Positions 11,639-21,685 of a DNA stretch of 64,000 nt are shown piece by piece (positions within the stretch are counted from its first letter, which is position 1; each line of letters opens with the position of its first letter). A program made the translations under genes and the position numbers. The notes under the pieces are model-generated. The model was not told the origin of the DNA and made no database searches. It saw only the letters and a program-made list of their open reading frames with translations. This DNA is from Ilumatobacteraceae bacterium (lineage in GTDB: Bacteria > Actinomycetota > Acidimicrobiia > Acidimicrobiales > Ilumatobacteraceae), in assembly GCA_963779295.1 (NCBI GenBank), contig CAVZXO010000002.1:221927-285926 (forward strand). Direction: 5' to 3'.

Positions 11639-11675
11639 GCGTGAGTCGGCACGCCTTCGGCGTACCGTCTCACCC
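11639..11675. repeat. REP-like imperfect palindrome, family 1, copy 2 (inverted)
   Basis: GCGTGAGTCGGCACGCC-TTCG-GCGTACCGTCTCACCC is the reverse complement of copy 1 (27 nt identical, the rest partly conserved). It lies in the divergent argG/glgA intergenic region. Confidence 0.8.
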
Positions 11676-11715
11676 GGGCTCACGGAGTGGTTTACGCTGC
11701 CGCCCGTGAAGGTGT

Positions 11716-13139
11716 GTGTTCGCGTCGGCCGAGTTCGCACCGTTGGCCCGAGTCGGCGGGCTTGCCGCGGCGGCGGCCGGGTTGGTTGCCGAACTTCGCC
11801 GCCAGGAAGTCGACGTGCAGGTCGTCGTCCCCGACTATTTCGGCACCAAGCTGCAACACGAGACGGTGCAACCGCTCGCCGTCCCCGAGTGGGCCGGCCC
11901 GGCGAAGGCTCGCACGGGCACTCTCGCCGGAATCGGCGAGATCACGCTGATCGACGCATTCGGGATCGCCAAGAGCCATCCATACCTGCAGCCTGACGGG
12001 ACGGGATGGCCCGACAACGATCGGCGATTCATGGCTTTCTCGGCCGCCCTCGCGGCGTTGACCGAGGTGGTGGCGCCGGATGTGTTGCACCTCAACGATT
12101 GGCACACGTGTGCGTCGCTCGGTCATCTCGCCGTGGCACCACCGACGATGCTCACGATCCACACGCTCGGCTATCAGGGCCGCACGAACCCTGGGTGGTT
12201 GAAGACGCTTCCGCATCACGTCGGCGCGTTCGAACAGTGGGGCGACTGCAATCCGCTGCTCGGCGGAATCCGCCTCGCCGACGTGGTCGTCGCGGTCAGC
12301 CCTCATTATGCCGTACGAGATCACCACACCCGAAGGCGGCTTCGGGCTCGATGGGCCGCTCCGTCAGCGCGGCGATCGCCTGGTCGGCATCCTCAACGGC
12401 ATCGACACCGATGGAGTGGGACCCGCGAGACCGACCCGCACCTGCCGACCAACTATTCGGCCGACGACGTCGGTGCCAAGGCGGCGATGCGAGCCGAGCT
12501 GCTGACGCGCTTCGGCCTGACCGATGGCGGCGGACCGCTGATGACCATGGTCACTCGGCTCGCCGATCAGAAAGGTGTCGATCTGCTTGTTGCCGGTCAC
12601 GCCATTTCTACGCGGGCTCGGCGCCTCGCTGATCGTGATCGGCGACGGCCAGCAGGGGTCTGGCCGATGCGCTGACCGCCGCGGCCGCCGCGGACCCGCA
12701 CGACGTCGCGTTCATTCGCGGCTACGACGAAGCACTTGCCCACCAACTCTTCGCCGGTGCCGATGTGTTCGTGATGCCGAGCCGGTTCGAGCCGTGCGGC
12801 CTCGCCCAGATGCAGTCGATGCGTTACGGCACGCTTCCGCTGGTGACCGACGTCGGTGGGTTGCACGACACCGTCGTCGACGTCGATGCCGCCCCGACTC
12901 GCGGCACAGGCGTCGTCGTGCCGGGCGCCAACTCCGTTGCCCTGATGGACGGTGTGCATCGGATGGTGAAGGCGTATTCGCAACCACGTCGGCGATCTGC
13001 GATGCAGCGCCGCGGAATGAACATCGATTGGTCGTGGCGTTCGCCTGCCGCGGCACATGTCGAGTGGTATCGACGAATCGTTGCGGAGGCCCAAGTCGCA
13101 GAGGCCCACGTCGCACAGGCACGGCCGAGAAGGGTCTAA
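11716..13139 (+). pseudogene. glgA: Glycogen synthase, frameshifted as assembled (x4)
   Basis: The N-terminus is MFASAEFAPLARVGGLA. Later pieces are [15 protein letters not shown]...GILNGIDTD, then [10 protein letters not shown]...LADQKGVDLLV, then LIVIGDGQQG, then FVMPSRFEPCGLAQM...; these fall in frames 1, 2, 1, 2 and 0. Frame changes occur near 12310, 12425, 12595 and 12660. Confidence 0.85.
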
Positions 13140-13150
13140 CCTCCCGCTCT

Positions 13151-14377
13151 ATGGCTGAACCCAAGGTCCTCGTGGTGGTGTTGGCGGGCGGGGAAGGGAG
13201 GCGCCTTGCGCCGCTGACCGCCGACCGCGCCAAGCCGGCGGTGCCCTTCGGTGGCACGTACCGAATCATCGACTTCGTTCTCTCGAACTTCGCGAACGCC
13301 CGCTACCTCAAGATCGTCGTGCTGACTCAGTACAAGAGCCACAGCCTCGACCGTCACATCAGCCAGACGTGGCGATTCTCGACGTTGCTCGGCAACTACG
13401 TCACGCCGGTGCCGGCACAGATGCGTCGTGGCCCGCAGTGGTTCAGTGGTTCCGCCGACGCGATCTATCAGAACCTCAACCTCATCAGCGACGAGCGTCC
13501 CGACATCGTCTGCGTGTTCGGTGCCGATCACATCTACCACATGGATCCGCGACAGATGGTCGACCACCACGTCGCCGTCGGGGCCGGTGTCACGGTCGCC
13601 GCGATCCCGGTACCCGTGTCGGAGGGATCACAGTTCGGGATCATCGAGTCCTCGGATACAGGCAAGATCATCGCGTTCCACGAGAAGCCGGCCAACCCAC
13701 CGACGATGCCCGGCGACACCTCGCGTGTACTGGCGTCGATGGGCAACTACGTGTTCGACACCCAGACGTTGATCGATGTCGTCAGCCCGACCGGAAGCGA
13801 CGACATCGCCACCGACATCGGTGGCGATGTCATCCCGATGCTGACTCGCGCCGGGGTCGCTCACATGTACGACTTCTCGACCAACGACATCCCTGGGCAA
13901 GCCGAGCACGAGCGCGGTTACTGGCGCGACGTCGGGAGCCTCGACGCGTACTACGAGGCCAACATGGACCTGATCGCGCCGGTGCCTCCGTTCAGCCTGT
14001 ACAACAGCGAGTGGCCCGTCTACAGCCTGCAACTTCCGCTGCCACCGGCCAAGATCGACCACGGACCCGGCGGCGAGCGGCCGACCATCGACAACAGCTT
14101 GTTGTGTGCAGGCTCGATCGTGTCGGGTGGGACCGTCGAGCGCTCGATCCTGGGACCCGAGACCTACGTCGATGCGTCGGCGGTCGTCAGCGAGTCGATC
14201 CTGTTCCCCGGCGTGCGTGTCGGGCCGGGCGCGAGACTCCATCGCTGCGTGATCGACAAGAACGTCGACATCCCGGCCGGCCGCTCGATCGGCCACGATC
14301 CCGATGCCGACCGCGCCGAGTTCGTCGTCAGTGACCGTGGTGTCGTGGTGGTCGAAAAGGACCGCAAAGTCACCTAG
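13151..14377 (+). CDS. glgC: Glucose-1-phosphate adenylyltransferase
   Basis: ATG 13151 lies within track ORF 12575..14377. The N-terminal motif is VVVLAGGEGRRLAPLTADRAKPAVPFGG, and a left-handed beta-helix C-terminus follows. The gene is intact. Confidence 0.92.
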   Translation: MAEPKVLVVVLAGGEGRRLAPLTADRAKPAVPFGGTYRIIDFVLSNFANARYLKIVVLTQYKSHSLDRHISQTWRFSTLLGNYVTPVPAQMRRGPQWFSGSADAIYQNLNLISDERPDIVCVFGADHIYHMDPRQMVDHHVAVGAGVTVAAIPVPVSEGSQFGIIESSDTGKIIAFHEKPANPPTMPGDTSRVLASMGNYVFDTQTLIDVVSPTGSDDIATDIGGDVIPMLTRAGVAHMYDFSTNDIPGQAEHERGYWRDVGSLDAYYEANMDLIAPVPPFSLYNSEWPVYSLQLPLPPAKIDHGPGGERPTIDNSLLCAGSIVSGGTVERSILGPETYVDASAVVSESILFPGVRVGPGARLHRCVIDKNVDIPAGRSIGHDPDADRAEFVVSDRGVVVVEKDRKVT

Positions 14378-14937
14378 CTGGTGCTCACCGGTGCGGCGGC
14401 GAGCGGCCGCCGGTACATCCCCGCGAGCGAGGCGACGCTGATGCACAGCGCTGCGCCGGCGACCACCAGTTCGACGACGGCGAGCCATTGGACTCGTCCG
14501 AGATCACCGGCCCCGATCGCGGCCCCGATGAACGCGACACCGATGCCGAGATATGGCGCATAGCGCCAGTTGGAGATTGCTGCGGCGGCCACCAGGACCG
14601 GCCCGTAGAACGGCAGCAGATTGATCAACACCAAGCGCGGCTCGGCCTCGGCACCCAGCCACCACGTCGACAGACCGATCACACGCGACGTCTGCCACAC
14701 GGCCGCATAACCGACGATGATCGCCGCCCACCCGATTCCGAAGGCCAGACGCCATCCAGGGCTCAGTTGCCCGGGCCGCTTCGGTGCCTGCTCGACCCAC
14801 GGTGGCTCCGGGAGCCCCGGCTCGGACACCCAAGACTCCGACATCGCCGCCTCCGCCACGTTGGGCTGGGCCGTCGGTGGGGAGAACGCCGGAGGTGCGG
14901 GCATGGGCTGAGAGTCAGCTGGCGCGCCGGGATCCAT
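14374..14937 (-). CDS. Hypothetical integral membrane protein
   Basis: A 187-aa ORF with a Pro-rich N-terminus followed by about 4 hydrophobic helices. No family recognised. Its stop overlaps the glgC stop within the palindrome CTAG. Confidence 0.5.
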   Translation of the reverse strand: MDPGAPADSQPMPAPPAFSPPTAQPNVAEAAMSESWVSEPGLPEPPWVEQAPKRPGQLSPGWRLAFGIGWAAIIVGYAAVWQTSRVIGLSTWWLGAEAEPRLVLINLLPFYGPVLVAAAAISNWRYAPYLGIGVAFIGAAIGAGDLGRVQWLAVVELVVAGAALCISVASLAGMYRRPLAAAPVSTS

Positions 14938-14974
14938 CGGGTGGCAACCATATCGGGCGACAGGTCAGGCGGGG

Positions 14975-15763
14975 GTGCGCCCAGCTACCCTTGCGCCGAT
15001 GGCAGCCGAGCGGGCGACTCCTTTCCGGAAACTCAGCGTCTTCTTTCCGATGTGGAACGAAGAGGCGTACATCGACCGCGCCATCGAAACGGCCACTGCG
15101 GAATGCCGCTCGTTGATGGACAACAACGAGATCCTCGACTACGAGCTGATCATCGTCGACGATGCCTCGACCGACCACACCGGCAAGCTCGCCGACGAGA
15201 TGGCGGCCGCTGATCCGCGCATTCGGGTCGTGCATCACCCGGTCAACCGCAAGCTCGGTGGGGCGATGAAGACCGGTTTCGCCACAGCGACGGGCGATGT
15301 GGTGCTGTACAGCGACGCCGATCTGCCGTTCGACATGGCCGAGGTGTCGAGGGCAATCCGGCTGATGCGCTACTACGACGCCGACATCGTCAGCGCCTTC
15401 AGGTTCGACCGCACGGGCGAGGGCTCGCTGCGCACCGTGTACACGTTCTTCTACAACTTCTTGATCCGGCGGCTCTTCGGCGTGCGCATGCGCGACATCA
15501 ACTTCGCCTTCAAGCTGTGCCGCCGATCGATCTTCGACCACATCTCCCTGCGTAGCGAGGGTTCATTCGTGGATGCCGAGCTGATCATCCGGGCCAACAA
15601 GCTCGGCTTCAACGTGATCCAGTTCGGAGTCGACTATTTCCCCCGTACCAGGGGCGAGAGCACCCTGGCTTCGACCAGCGTGATCCGCAAGATCGTCACC
15701 GAAATGGTGCAATTGCGCCGTGAGCTGCGCGACCTGCAACCGGTCGTGCGACCCTTTACCTGA
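14975..15763 (+). CDS. Family 2 glycosyltransferase (polyprenol-phosphate sugar transferase-like)
   Basis: 262 aa with GT-A signatures (LSVFFPMWNEE, LIIVDDASTD, YSDADLP). Confidence 0.8.
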   Translation: MRPATLAPMAAERATPFRKLSVFFPMWNEEAYIDRAIETATAECRSLMDNNEILDYELIIVDDASTDHTGKLADEMAAADPRIRVVHHPVNRKLGGAMKTGFATATGDVVLYSDADLPFDMAEVSRAIRLMRYYDADIVSAFRFDRTGEGSLRTVYTFFYNFLIRRLFGVRMRDINFAFKLCRRSIFDHISLRSEGSFVDAELIIRANKLGFNVIQFGVDYFPRTRGESTLASTSVIRKIVTEMVQLRRELRDLQPVVRPFT

Positions 15764-15824
15764 CTCGTCACCAGCTGCTGGTGTGACCGTTACCTGACTG
15801 GGCCGCGACAGGTCGGCTGATAGA

Positions 15825-17050
15825 TTGGCTCCGACGCCCCCAGTCGGAGTTTGTTTCGTTTTGAATGCCCGTCGACCAACCCAACCACCACCGCGCCGCC
15901 GTCGTGGCAGCGCGCCCGCGCCCATCGGTCGCTGGATGCCCGTGGTCGCCGGTGCCGGCGTGCTCGCCGTGGTGATCATCGCCGGGGTGTCGGGTAGGGG
16001 CGGCGCCAGCAGCGCCGACACCGTTGCACCCACCATCGTCGGGGCGGCCGCGGCGACGACGACGAGCATCACGACACTTCCGATCGTGGTCAATACTGAT
16101 CCGGCAATCGTCAAGACCAACATCAGCCAGACCATCGGCAAGGGCAATGCTGGTGAAGATGTCAAGCAGGTGCAGCAACGGCTGACCGACCTCGGTTTCG
16201 CTCCCGGCCCCATCGATGGCTTGTTCGGGTCGGGAACGCAACAAGCAGTGTGGGCGTACGAGAAGTTGATCCTGAAGACCCCGCGAGCCGATGCCAAGGG
16301 TCGGGTCAGCAACGAGATGTGGCAGGCGATGCAGGACCGAATCACCATTCCGCCGCGCCGCCCGACCGGGGCCGGTTCCACGCATGTCGAGATCTATGTG
16401 CCGGAGGCAGTGCTGATCGTGTTCAAAGATGATGCGCCGCAACTGATCGCGCACATCTCGACGGGCGAGCAGAATCCCGACGGCACGCCCAAGAAGTGGT
16501 GCGACACGCTGACGTACGACACCGGCCCCAACGGCGAACCGCTGACGGAGCCGGTGACCAAGCAGGAGTGCGCCGACGCCAAGACGCCGGGCGGCGTGTT
16601 CAGGTTCACCCGTCGGTACGACGGCAAGCGCACCGGCCCGTTGGGCGGGATGATGAACCCGGTCTACTTCAACTACGGGATCGCCATTCACGGAGCCGAC
16701 AACGTGCCGCTGGCGCCCGCGTCGCACGGCTGCGTGCGCCTCAATCAGACGATCGCCAAGACGTTCCCGTCGATGGTGGCCAAGGGCGACCTGGTGTACG
16801 TGTGGGGCCAGGACGGCAAGCAGCCCGAGCATTACACCAGGCGTGAAAGCTTGCCGTCGTTCAACTACGCCGACCCTGATGCAACGACCACCACCGAGGC
16901 GACCACCACGACGGTTGCCAAGACGACGCTGCCGCCGCCGACCACGGTGAAGCCGACGACGACCCCTCCGGCAACGACCACCACGCCGCCGACCACCTCC
17001 ACCATCCCGGCCGGCACCACGACCTCGACGTCGGCTCCTGTTCGGTTAAT
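15825..17050 (+). CDS. L,D-transpeptidase with a peptidoglycan-binding domain and Thr/Pro-rich tail (3' end uncertain)
   Basis: It has an N-terminal TM/signal segment, a PG_binding_1-like repeat (GEDVKQVQQRLTDLGFAPGPIDGLFG) and a YkuD catalytic motif (HGADNVPLAPASHGCVRL). The ORF formally runs to 17540, but beyond about 17046 it is antisense to ppx. Confidence 0.7.
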
Positions 17051-18617
17051 CCGCCAACCTGCTGGGGTGCGCGGCGACGATCTCGACGCGCCGGCCCAGC
17101 ACCTCTTCGAGAAGGTCGCTTCGCTCGTTGGCGGTGTACAGCTCGAGGCTGATCTCCTTGCCGCGTTTGCCCAGTGCCTCGACCACGAGACGATCGCGAC
17201 GAACGTGCGCCGCCACCGATCGAACCCTTCCGTCGTGGCTGCGGTCCAACCCGATCGCCACCCGCAAGATTGCGGCCAGCGTCTTGACCAACTTCTGGTG
17301 ATCGGGCGACAGACGCCCGAACTCGACGTGGCCGGCCTTCGGGGCGCTCTTGCGGTGGTAGCGGGCGATCTGGGCGATGATCTCGATCTCGGTGTCGGTC
17401 AGCCCGGTCAGTTCGCTGTTGCGGATGACGTAGTAGCTGTGCAGATGGTGCTTGGTGTGCGAGATCACGAGTCCGACGTTGGCCAACAGCGCGCCGGCTT
17501 CGAGGTACTCGCGCGCATCGGCCGGCAAACCGTGCAGTGACTCGGTGGCGTCGAACAGCTGCAGGGCCATCGAGGCCACGTGCGTGGAGTGGGCGACGTC
17601 GTCGTCGCATCGCTCCGCCAGGGCGCGGATCGACCGGCGCGACACGTCGCGGAGGTGGTGCAGCGCGCCACCCTGCAGCCTGGCAATCGTGTCGAGCAAC
17701 ACACCTTCGCGAAGGGCCGCCTCGCTGAATGTGAAGCTCTTGATCCCGAAGATGTCGGCAACGCCTTCCAGGACCAGCGCCCCGGCGACGATGATGTCTG
17801 CTCGCGCAGGGTCGAGGCCGGCGATCGACCTCCGATCGTCGGAGGTCTTCTTCTTCGCCAGTGATTCGGTGATTCCTTGCAGTTCGGAGACGGTGAACTC
17901 GAAGCGGTTGAAGGTGCGCAGGTCGGTGTCGTCGCGCGTCGCGTGGATGATGCGGGCAATGGATTCGGCGGTTCCCGACGAGGCGATGGCGATGTCGAAA
18001 CCGAGGTCTTCGACTTCGCGATCGAAGGTCGCCACGATCGAGCGGATGTACGAGCGGCAATCGCGGACGGAGTCCGACGTCGTCGTGCCTCCGGCAAAGA
18101 ATCGGTCCGTCAATCTCACTGCGCCGAGCTTGAAACTTCGCGCGGCCAACATCTCGCCGCGCTCGCCGATCAACACCTCGGTCGAGCCGCCGCCGATGTC
18201 GACCAGTATCAGCCGCTGTTCGAATGCGGGGACGGCCTGCAGGACGCCGAGATGGATGAGCCGCGCTTCCTCCAAGCCCGAGATCACCTCGATGTCGACC
18301 TTCGCCTCGTCTCGCGCCCTGCTGAGGAACTCCTCGGAGTTGTGCGCCTCGCGGACAGCGCTCGTGGCGACGGCGCGCACCGGCGCATTGTGTGCGGCAG
18401 CGATGCGCTGCATGCGGCGAAGCGCTGAGATTCCACGCTCGATGGCATCCGACGACAGCGTCTTCATGTCGCCACCGCCGTGACCGAGTCGCACGGTTTC
18501 CTTCTCTCGGGTCACGATCTCGTACCCGTTGTCGAGCAGGCGGGCGACGACGAGGTGGAAGCTGTTGGTGCCGATGTCGAGCGCAGCCAGATTGACCGGG
18601 CTCGGCGTCGTTGTCAC
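17046..18617 (-). CDS. ppx: Ppx/GppA family phosphatase with C-terminal HD domain
   Basis: GTG 18617 forms a GTGA overlap with the upstream gene's stop. It has an actin-like ATPase motif (AALDIGTNSFHLVVA, DIGGGSTE) and an HD-type C-terminal region. The longer track ORF (to 18839) has an Arg-rich, non-coding-looking N-terminus. Confidence 0.85.
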   Translation of the reverse strand: MTTTPSPVNLAALDIGTNSFHLVVARLLDNGYEIVTREKETVRLGHGGGDMKTLSSDAIERGISALRRMQRIAAAHNAPVRAVATSAVREAHNSEEFLSRARDEAKVDIEVISGLEEARLIHLGVLQAVPAFEQRLILVDIGGGSTEVLIGERGEMLAARSFKLGAVRLTDRFFAGGTTTSDSVRDCRSYIRSIVATFDREVEDLGFDIAIASSGTAESIARIIHATRDDTDLRTFNRFEFTVSELQGITESLAKKKTSDDRRSIAGLDPARADIIVAGALVLEGVADIFGIKSFTFSEAALREGVLLDTIARLQGGALHHLRDVSRRSIRALAERCDDDVAHSTHVASMALQLFDATESLHGLPADAREYLEAGALLANVGLVISHTKHHLHSYYVIRNSELTGLTDTEIEIIAQIARYHRKSAPKAGHVEFGRLSPDHQKLVKTLAAILRVAIGLDRSHDGRVRSVAAHVRRDRLVVEALGKRGKEISLELYTANERSDLLEEVLGRRVEIVAAHPSRLAD

Positions 18618-20180
18618 GGCGAGATGCGGTCCTGGCACGATTGCATGCCGCCGAGCACTCCGGCCCGGAAGGCATCGACTTTCTCGAACGCGGTGCCGTT
18701 GATGTTGGTGTCGCTGGTCGAGTCGCCGCGTACGATCGCGGTGACGATTGCCTCGTCGAGATCGCCCGCCGAGAGGTACAGCGGTCGCCCATCGGGTTGC
18801 GGCGGCAGGTCGTCGCGAATCCATGAGCCGGTGAGGCAATCGTTGAGGAGGGCGCGCGGCTCGTCGGTCAGCGTGCTGTTGAGGAAACCCTGCACTACCT
18901 CGCTGTATCCACGCGAGATCAGATACCCGACCGACATGTCGCCGAGCAGCGGATCAGAGATCTGTTGCTCGGCCCATTCCTGGTCGAGGAAGATCGTGTT
19001 GCTCGCGGGGCAATAGAGGATGTTCTGTTCGAAGTTCGAACTGTCGAAGCCGTCGCAGGTCGGTAGGTCGCCGCCGTCGGGTGTGAACACCGTGAGAGTC
19101 GGCGCGGCGAAGGTGAGGTTGCTGGTGGCGAGTTGCGCGGTCCAGTAGCGATTGAGATCCTCAGGAAGCAGTGTGACGACGTCGCCGGGTCCGTCGGTCG
19201 GATCCGGGTTGGGATCGATCAGCGGCAGGTTGCCATCCGGGTCACCGGCGTTGAACGGGATGTTGATCAGTTGGTTCTCCCGGCCGTCGGTGAAGAAGGT
19301 CTTGCATCGCTCGGCCCCGCCGAGGAACCCATCCTGAAACGCGCCGACGCGATCGAAGCCGGTGCCGTGCGAACTCTCGTCGATGATGCCTCCGAACTCG
19401 ATCGGATCGCGTACCTGGATCATGGCGATCAGGCCCCCGCTGACATCGTCGTCGTTGAAGTTGATCACGTCGCTCTCGCCACGCGGCGACGTGCGCCGCC
19501 CAGGCGCCGGCGAAGCAGTCGGCTTGTTGTTCTTTGAGGATGGTGGGTTGCCCGGTCTCGTCAGCTCGAAACTGAACAGCGTGGCCGAACTCGTGGGCGA
19601 GCACCACGGCGACGGCGGATTGGCCGAGTTGGGCGACGAGTTGCGGCAGCAGTTCGGCATCGTCGTATGCCATGAAATCGCCGTCGAGACAGTAGAACGC
19701 GTTGCCCTGCACATCTTGGTAGAACGTCTGCGGTGTGCCGCAACCGGGGATCGGCTCGACGCGATCCGGATACGCGGCGTAGATGCCCCCGGAGAGCGGG
19801 GTGAACGCGCTGCCGTAGACGGCGGGGAACTGCTGCTCCCAGAATGCCTGGATGTCGCTGAACGCTGCGGTCAGGTAGCCGTCGTAGCCGTTGTCGACGT
19901 GGTTGGCGCCGAAGTCGATGATCCCTTCCTGAACGGGGATCGGCGTCGTGTCGACCGTCGTGTCGTCGGTGGGGGTCGTTTCGTCAGTGACGACTTCGGG
20001 CTGGTTCGCGAGGATGTTGCGATCGTCGTTCTGACGTGACCGCGTGGACGCAACGCCGGGCCGCTCGACCGAGCAGCCGGCCATCACCAGCAGGCAGATC
20101 GCCACCGCCGATGCAGTCCGCACACGCATACGTCTTGAGCTTAGGCAGCGCATCGGCGAAAAGCCCGTCTGCCTGCTCAC
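18614..20180 (-). pseudogene. Neutral zinc metallopeptidase (YpfJ/PF04228-like) lipoprotein, one frameshift as assembled
   Basis: ORF 19242..20180 carries a lipobox (LLVMAGCS) and HEFGH. After ...AGAWAAHVAA the protein continues in ORF 18614..19714 (GESDVINFNDDD...). The frame change is near 19490. Confidence 0.72.
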
Positions 20181-20821
20181 GCCGCGATCAGGGCCCGCAG
20201 CTCGTCGATTTCACCGGTCTGCGATGTGAGCATGGCGTGGGCGAATCGTTGAACTTCGATCTCGTTGGCGTGGTCGAGAGCGTATTGCGCCATGTGGACG
20301 CCACCTTGGTGGTGGGCCACCATCAGGTCGACGAACAACTTGTCGGCGTCGGAGCCGCTACTGGCCAGCAGCTTGTCGATGTCGCCATCCGATGCCAGTC
20401 CCGGCATGCGATCGTGGGGGGTCGGTTCGTTCATCCACGACATCGCCACGTCGCTCTCGTTCGTCTCCGTTGCGCCGTACAGACGCAGCAACTGGATCAT
20501 GCGACCGATGTCGATGCTCTGTCCGAAGACGATCTCGCGGGCGAGCACCCGCAGATCGGGATTGGTGTCGTCCAGCGACAGGTAGTAGAGGCCGAGGTTG
20601 ACGGCTTGCTCGTGATGCGTGCGCATGTCCTGCAGGAACCCGATGTCCACCGGGTTCGGATCGGGGGTGGCGCGATTGTTGCCGATCACCCATCCGAGCG
20701 CTCCGCACAGCACGGCGATCGCGACGGCGAGCACGCCCATGTTGAGCTTGCTCTGCCACCACGGCCGGATCTCGATCTCGTCGGGCTCGGCGACGATCTC
20801 GTCGACTTGATTCATACCCAT
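20177..20821 (-). CDS. DUF305 domain-containing protein (membrane-anchored)
   Basis: 214 aa with an N-terminal TM helix and two His-rich helical repeats (MRTHHEQAV..., MVAHHQGGVHMAQ). Its stop overlaps the downstream GTG (GTGA). Confidence 0.78.
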   Translation of the reverse strand: MGMNQVDEIVAEPDEIEIRPWWQSKLNMGVLAVAIAVLCGALGWVIGNNRATPDPNPVDIGFLQDMRTHHEQAVNLGLYYLSLDDTNPDLRVLAREIVFGQSIDIGRMIQLLRLYGATETNESDVAMSWMNEPTPHDRMPGLASDGDIDKLLASSGSDADKLFVDLMVAHHQGGVHMAQYALDHANEIEVQRFAHAMLTSQTGEIDELRALIAA

Positions 20822-20923
20822 CAGCTTCGCAGCTGAACCGCCGGTCGAGTCCGTCGCCCCAAAGTACTACCGTGTGCCAATCGACACATCCGAGGGCCGA
20901 AGCACGGGGGGTACTGGCGCAAG

Positions 20924-21685
20924 GTGACTCTTCTCGATGTTCAGAGCGTGTCCGTGCGATTCGGAGGAATCCACGCCCTCGACCGGCTCAGCTTCACGAT
21001 CGACCAGGGTCAGATCTGCGGACTGATCGGACCCAACGGCGCGGGCAAGACGACGATGTTCAACGTCGTCAGCCGCATCTATCAACCGACCGAGGGCAGG
21101 GTGCTGTTCAGGGGCGACGACCTGTTGATCGTGCCGGCCCACGGCATTGCCCGCCACGGCATCGCCCGCACCTTTCAGAATCTGGCGCTGTTCCCGACCA
21201 TGACGCTGCTCGAGAACGTGATGGTCGGTGCTCACTGCCAGGGCAAGGCCGGGTTTGCCCGCTCGACGTTCCGGCTCGGCATCCACAGCGAGGAGCGCCG
21301 GATCCGACACGATGCCGAACAACTGCTCGTCCGACTCGGGTTGGCGCACCTCGCCCATCGGCCGGCCAGTGGCCTGCCGTTCGGCACGCTGAAGCGTCTG
21401 GAAGTGGCCCGTGCCCTGGCGTCCAAGCCGACGTTCCTGATCATGGACGAACCGGCCAGCGGGCTGACCCACGGCGAAGTCGACGAGCTCGGTGAACTGG
21501 TGAAGTCGGTCCGCGACGAGTTCGGCCTGACGGTGCTGCTCGTCGAGCACCACATGGCAATGGTGATGGGGATCAGCGACAAGGTCGTGGCCATGGAGTT
21601 CGGTCGCAAGATCGCCGAAGGCCTGCCTGCCGAGGTGCAACAAGACCCGCATGTCATCGCCGCCTATCTCGGGACCGACGCATGA
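20924..21685 (+). CDS. livG: Branched-chain amino acid ABC transporter ATP-binding protein (LivG-like)
   Basis: Walker A GPNGAGKTT, an ABC signature and the LivG-type C-terminal extension. Its stop overlaps the next gene's start. Confidence 0.88.
   Translation: MTLLDVQSVSVRFGGIHALDRLSFTIDQGQICGLIGPNGAGKTTMFNVVSRIYQPTEGRVLFRGDDLLIVPAHGIARHGIARTFQNLALFPTMTLLENVMVGAHCQGKAGFARSTFRLGIHSEERRIRHDAEQLLVRLGLAHLAHRPASGLPFGTLKRLEVARALASKPTFLIMDEPASGLTHGEVDELGELVKSVRDEFGLTVLLVEHHMAMVMGISDKVVAMEFGRKIAEGLPAEVQQDPHVIAAYLGTDA

Noticed and set aside
14374-14377. glgC and the convergent membrane-protein gene share overlapping stop codons within the palindrome CTAG. Several other convergent pairs also overlap by 2-64 nt.
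   Set aside because: This reflects a compact genome and is not a functional element in itself. Some overlaps may also be inflated by uncertain 3' ends.
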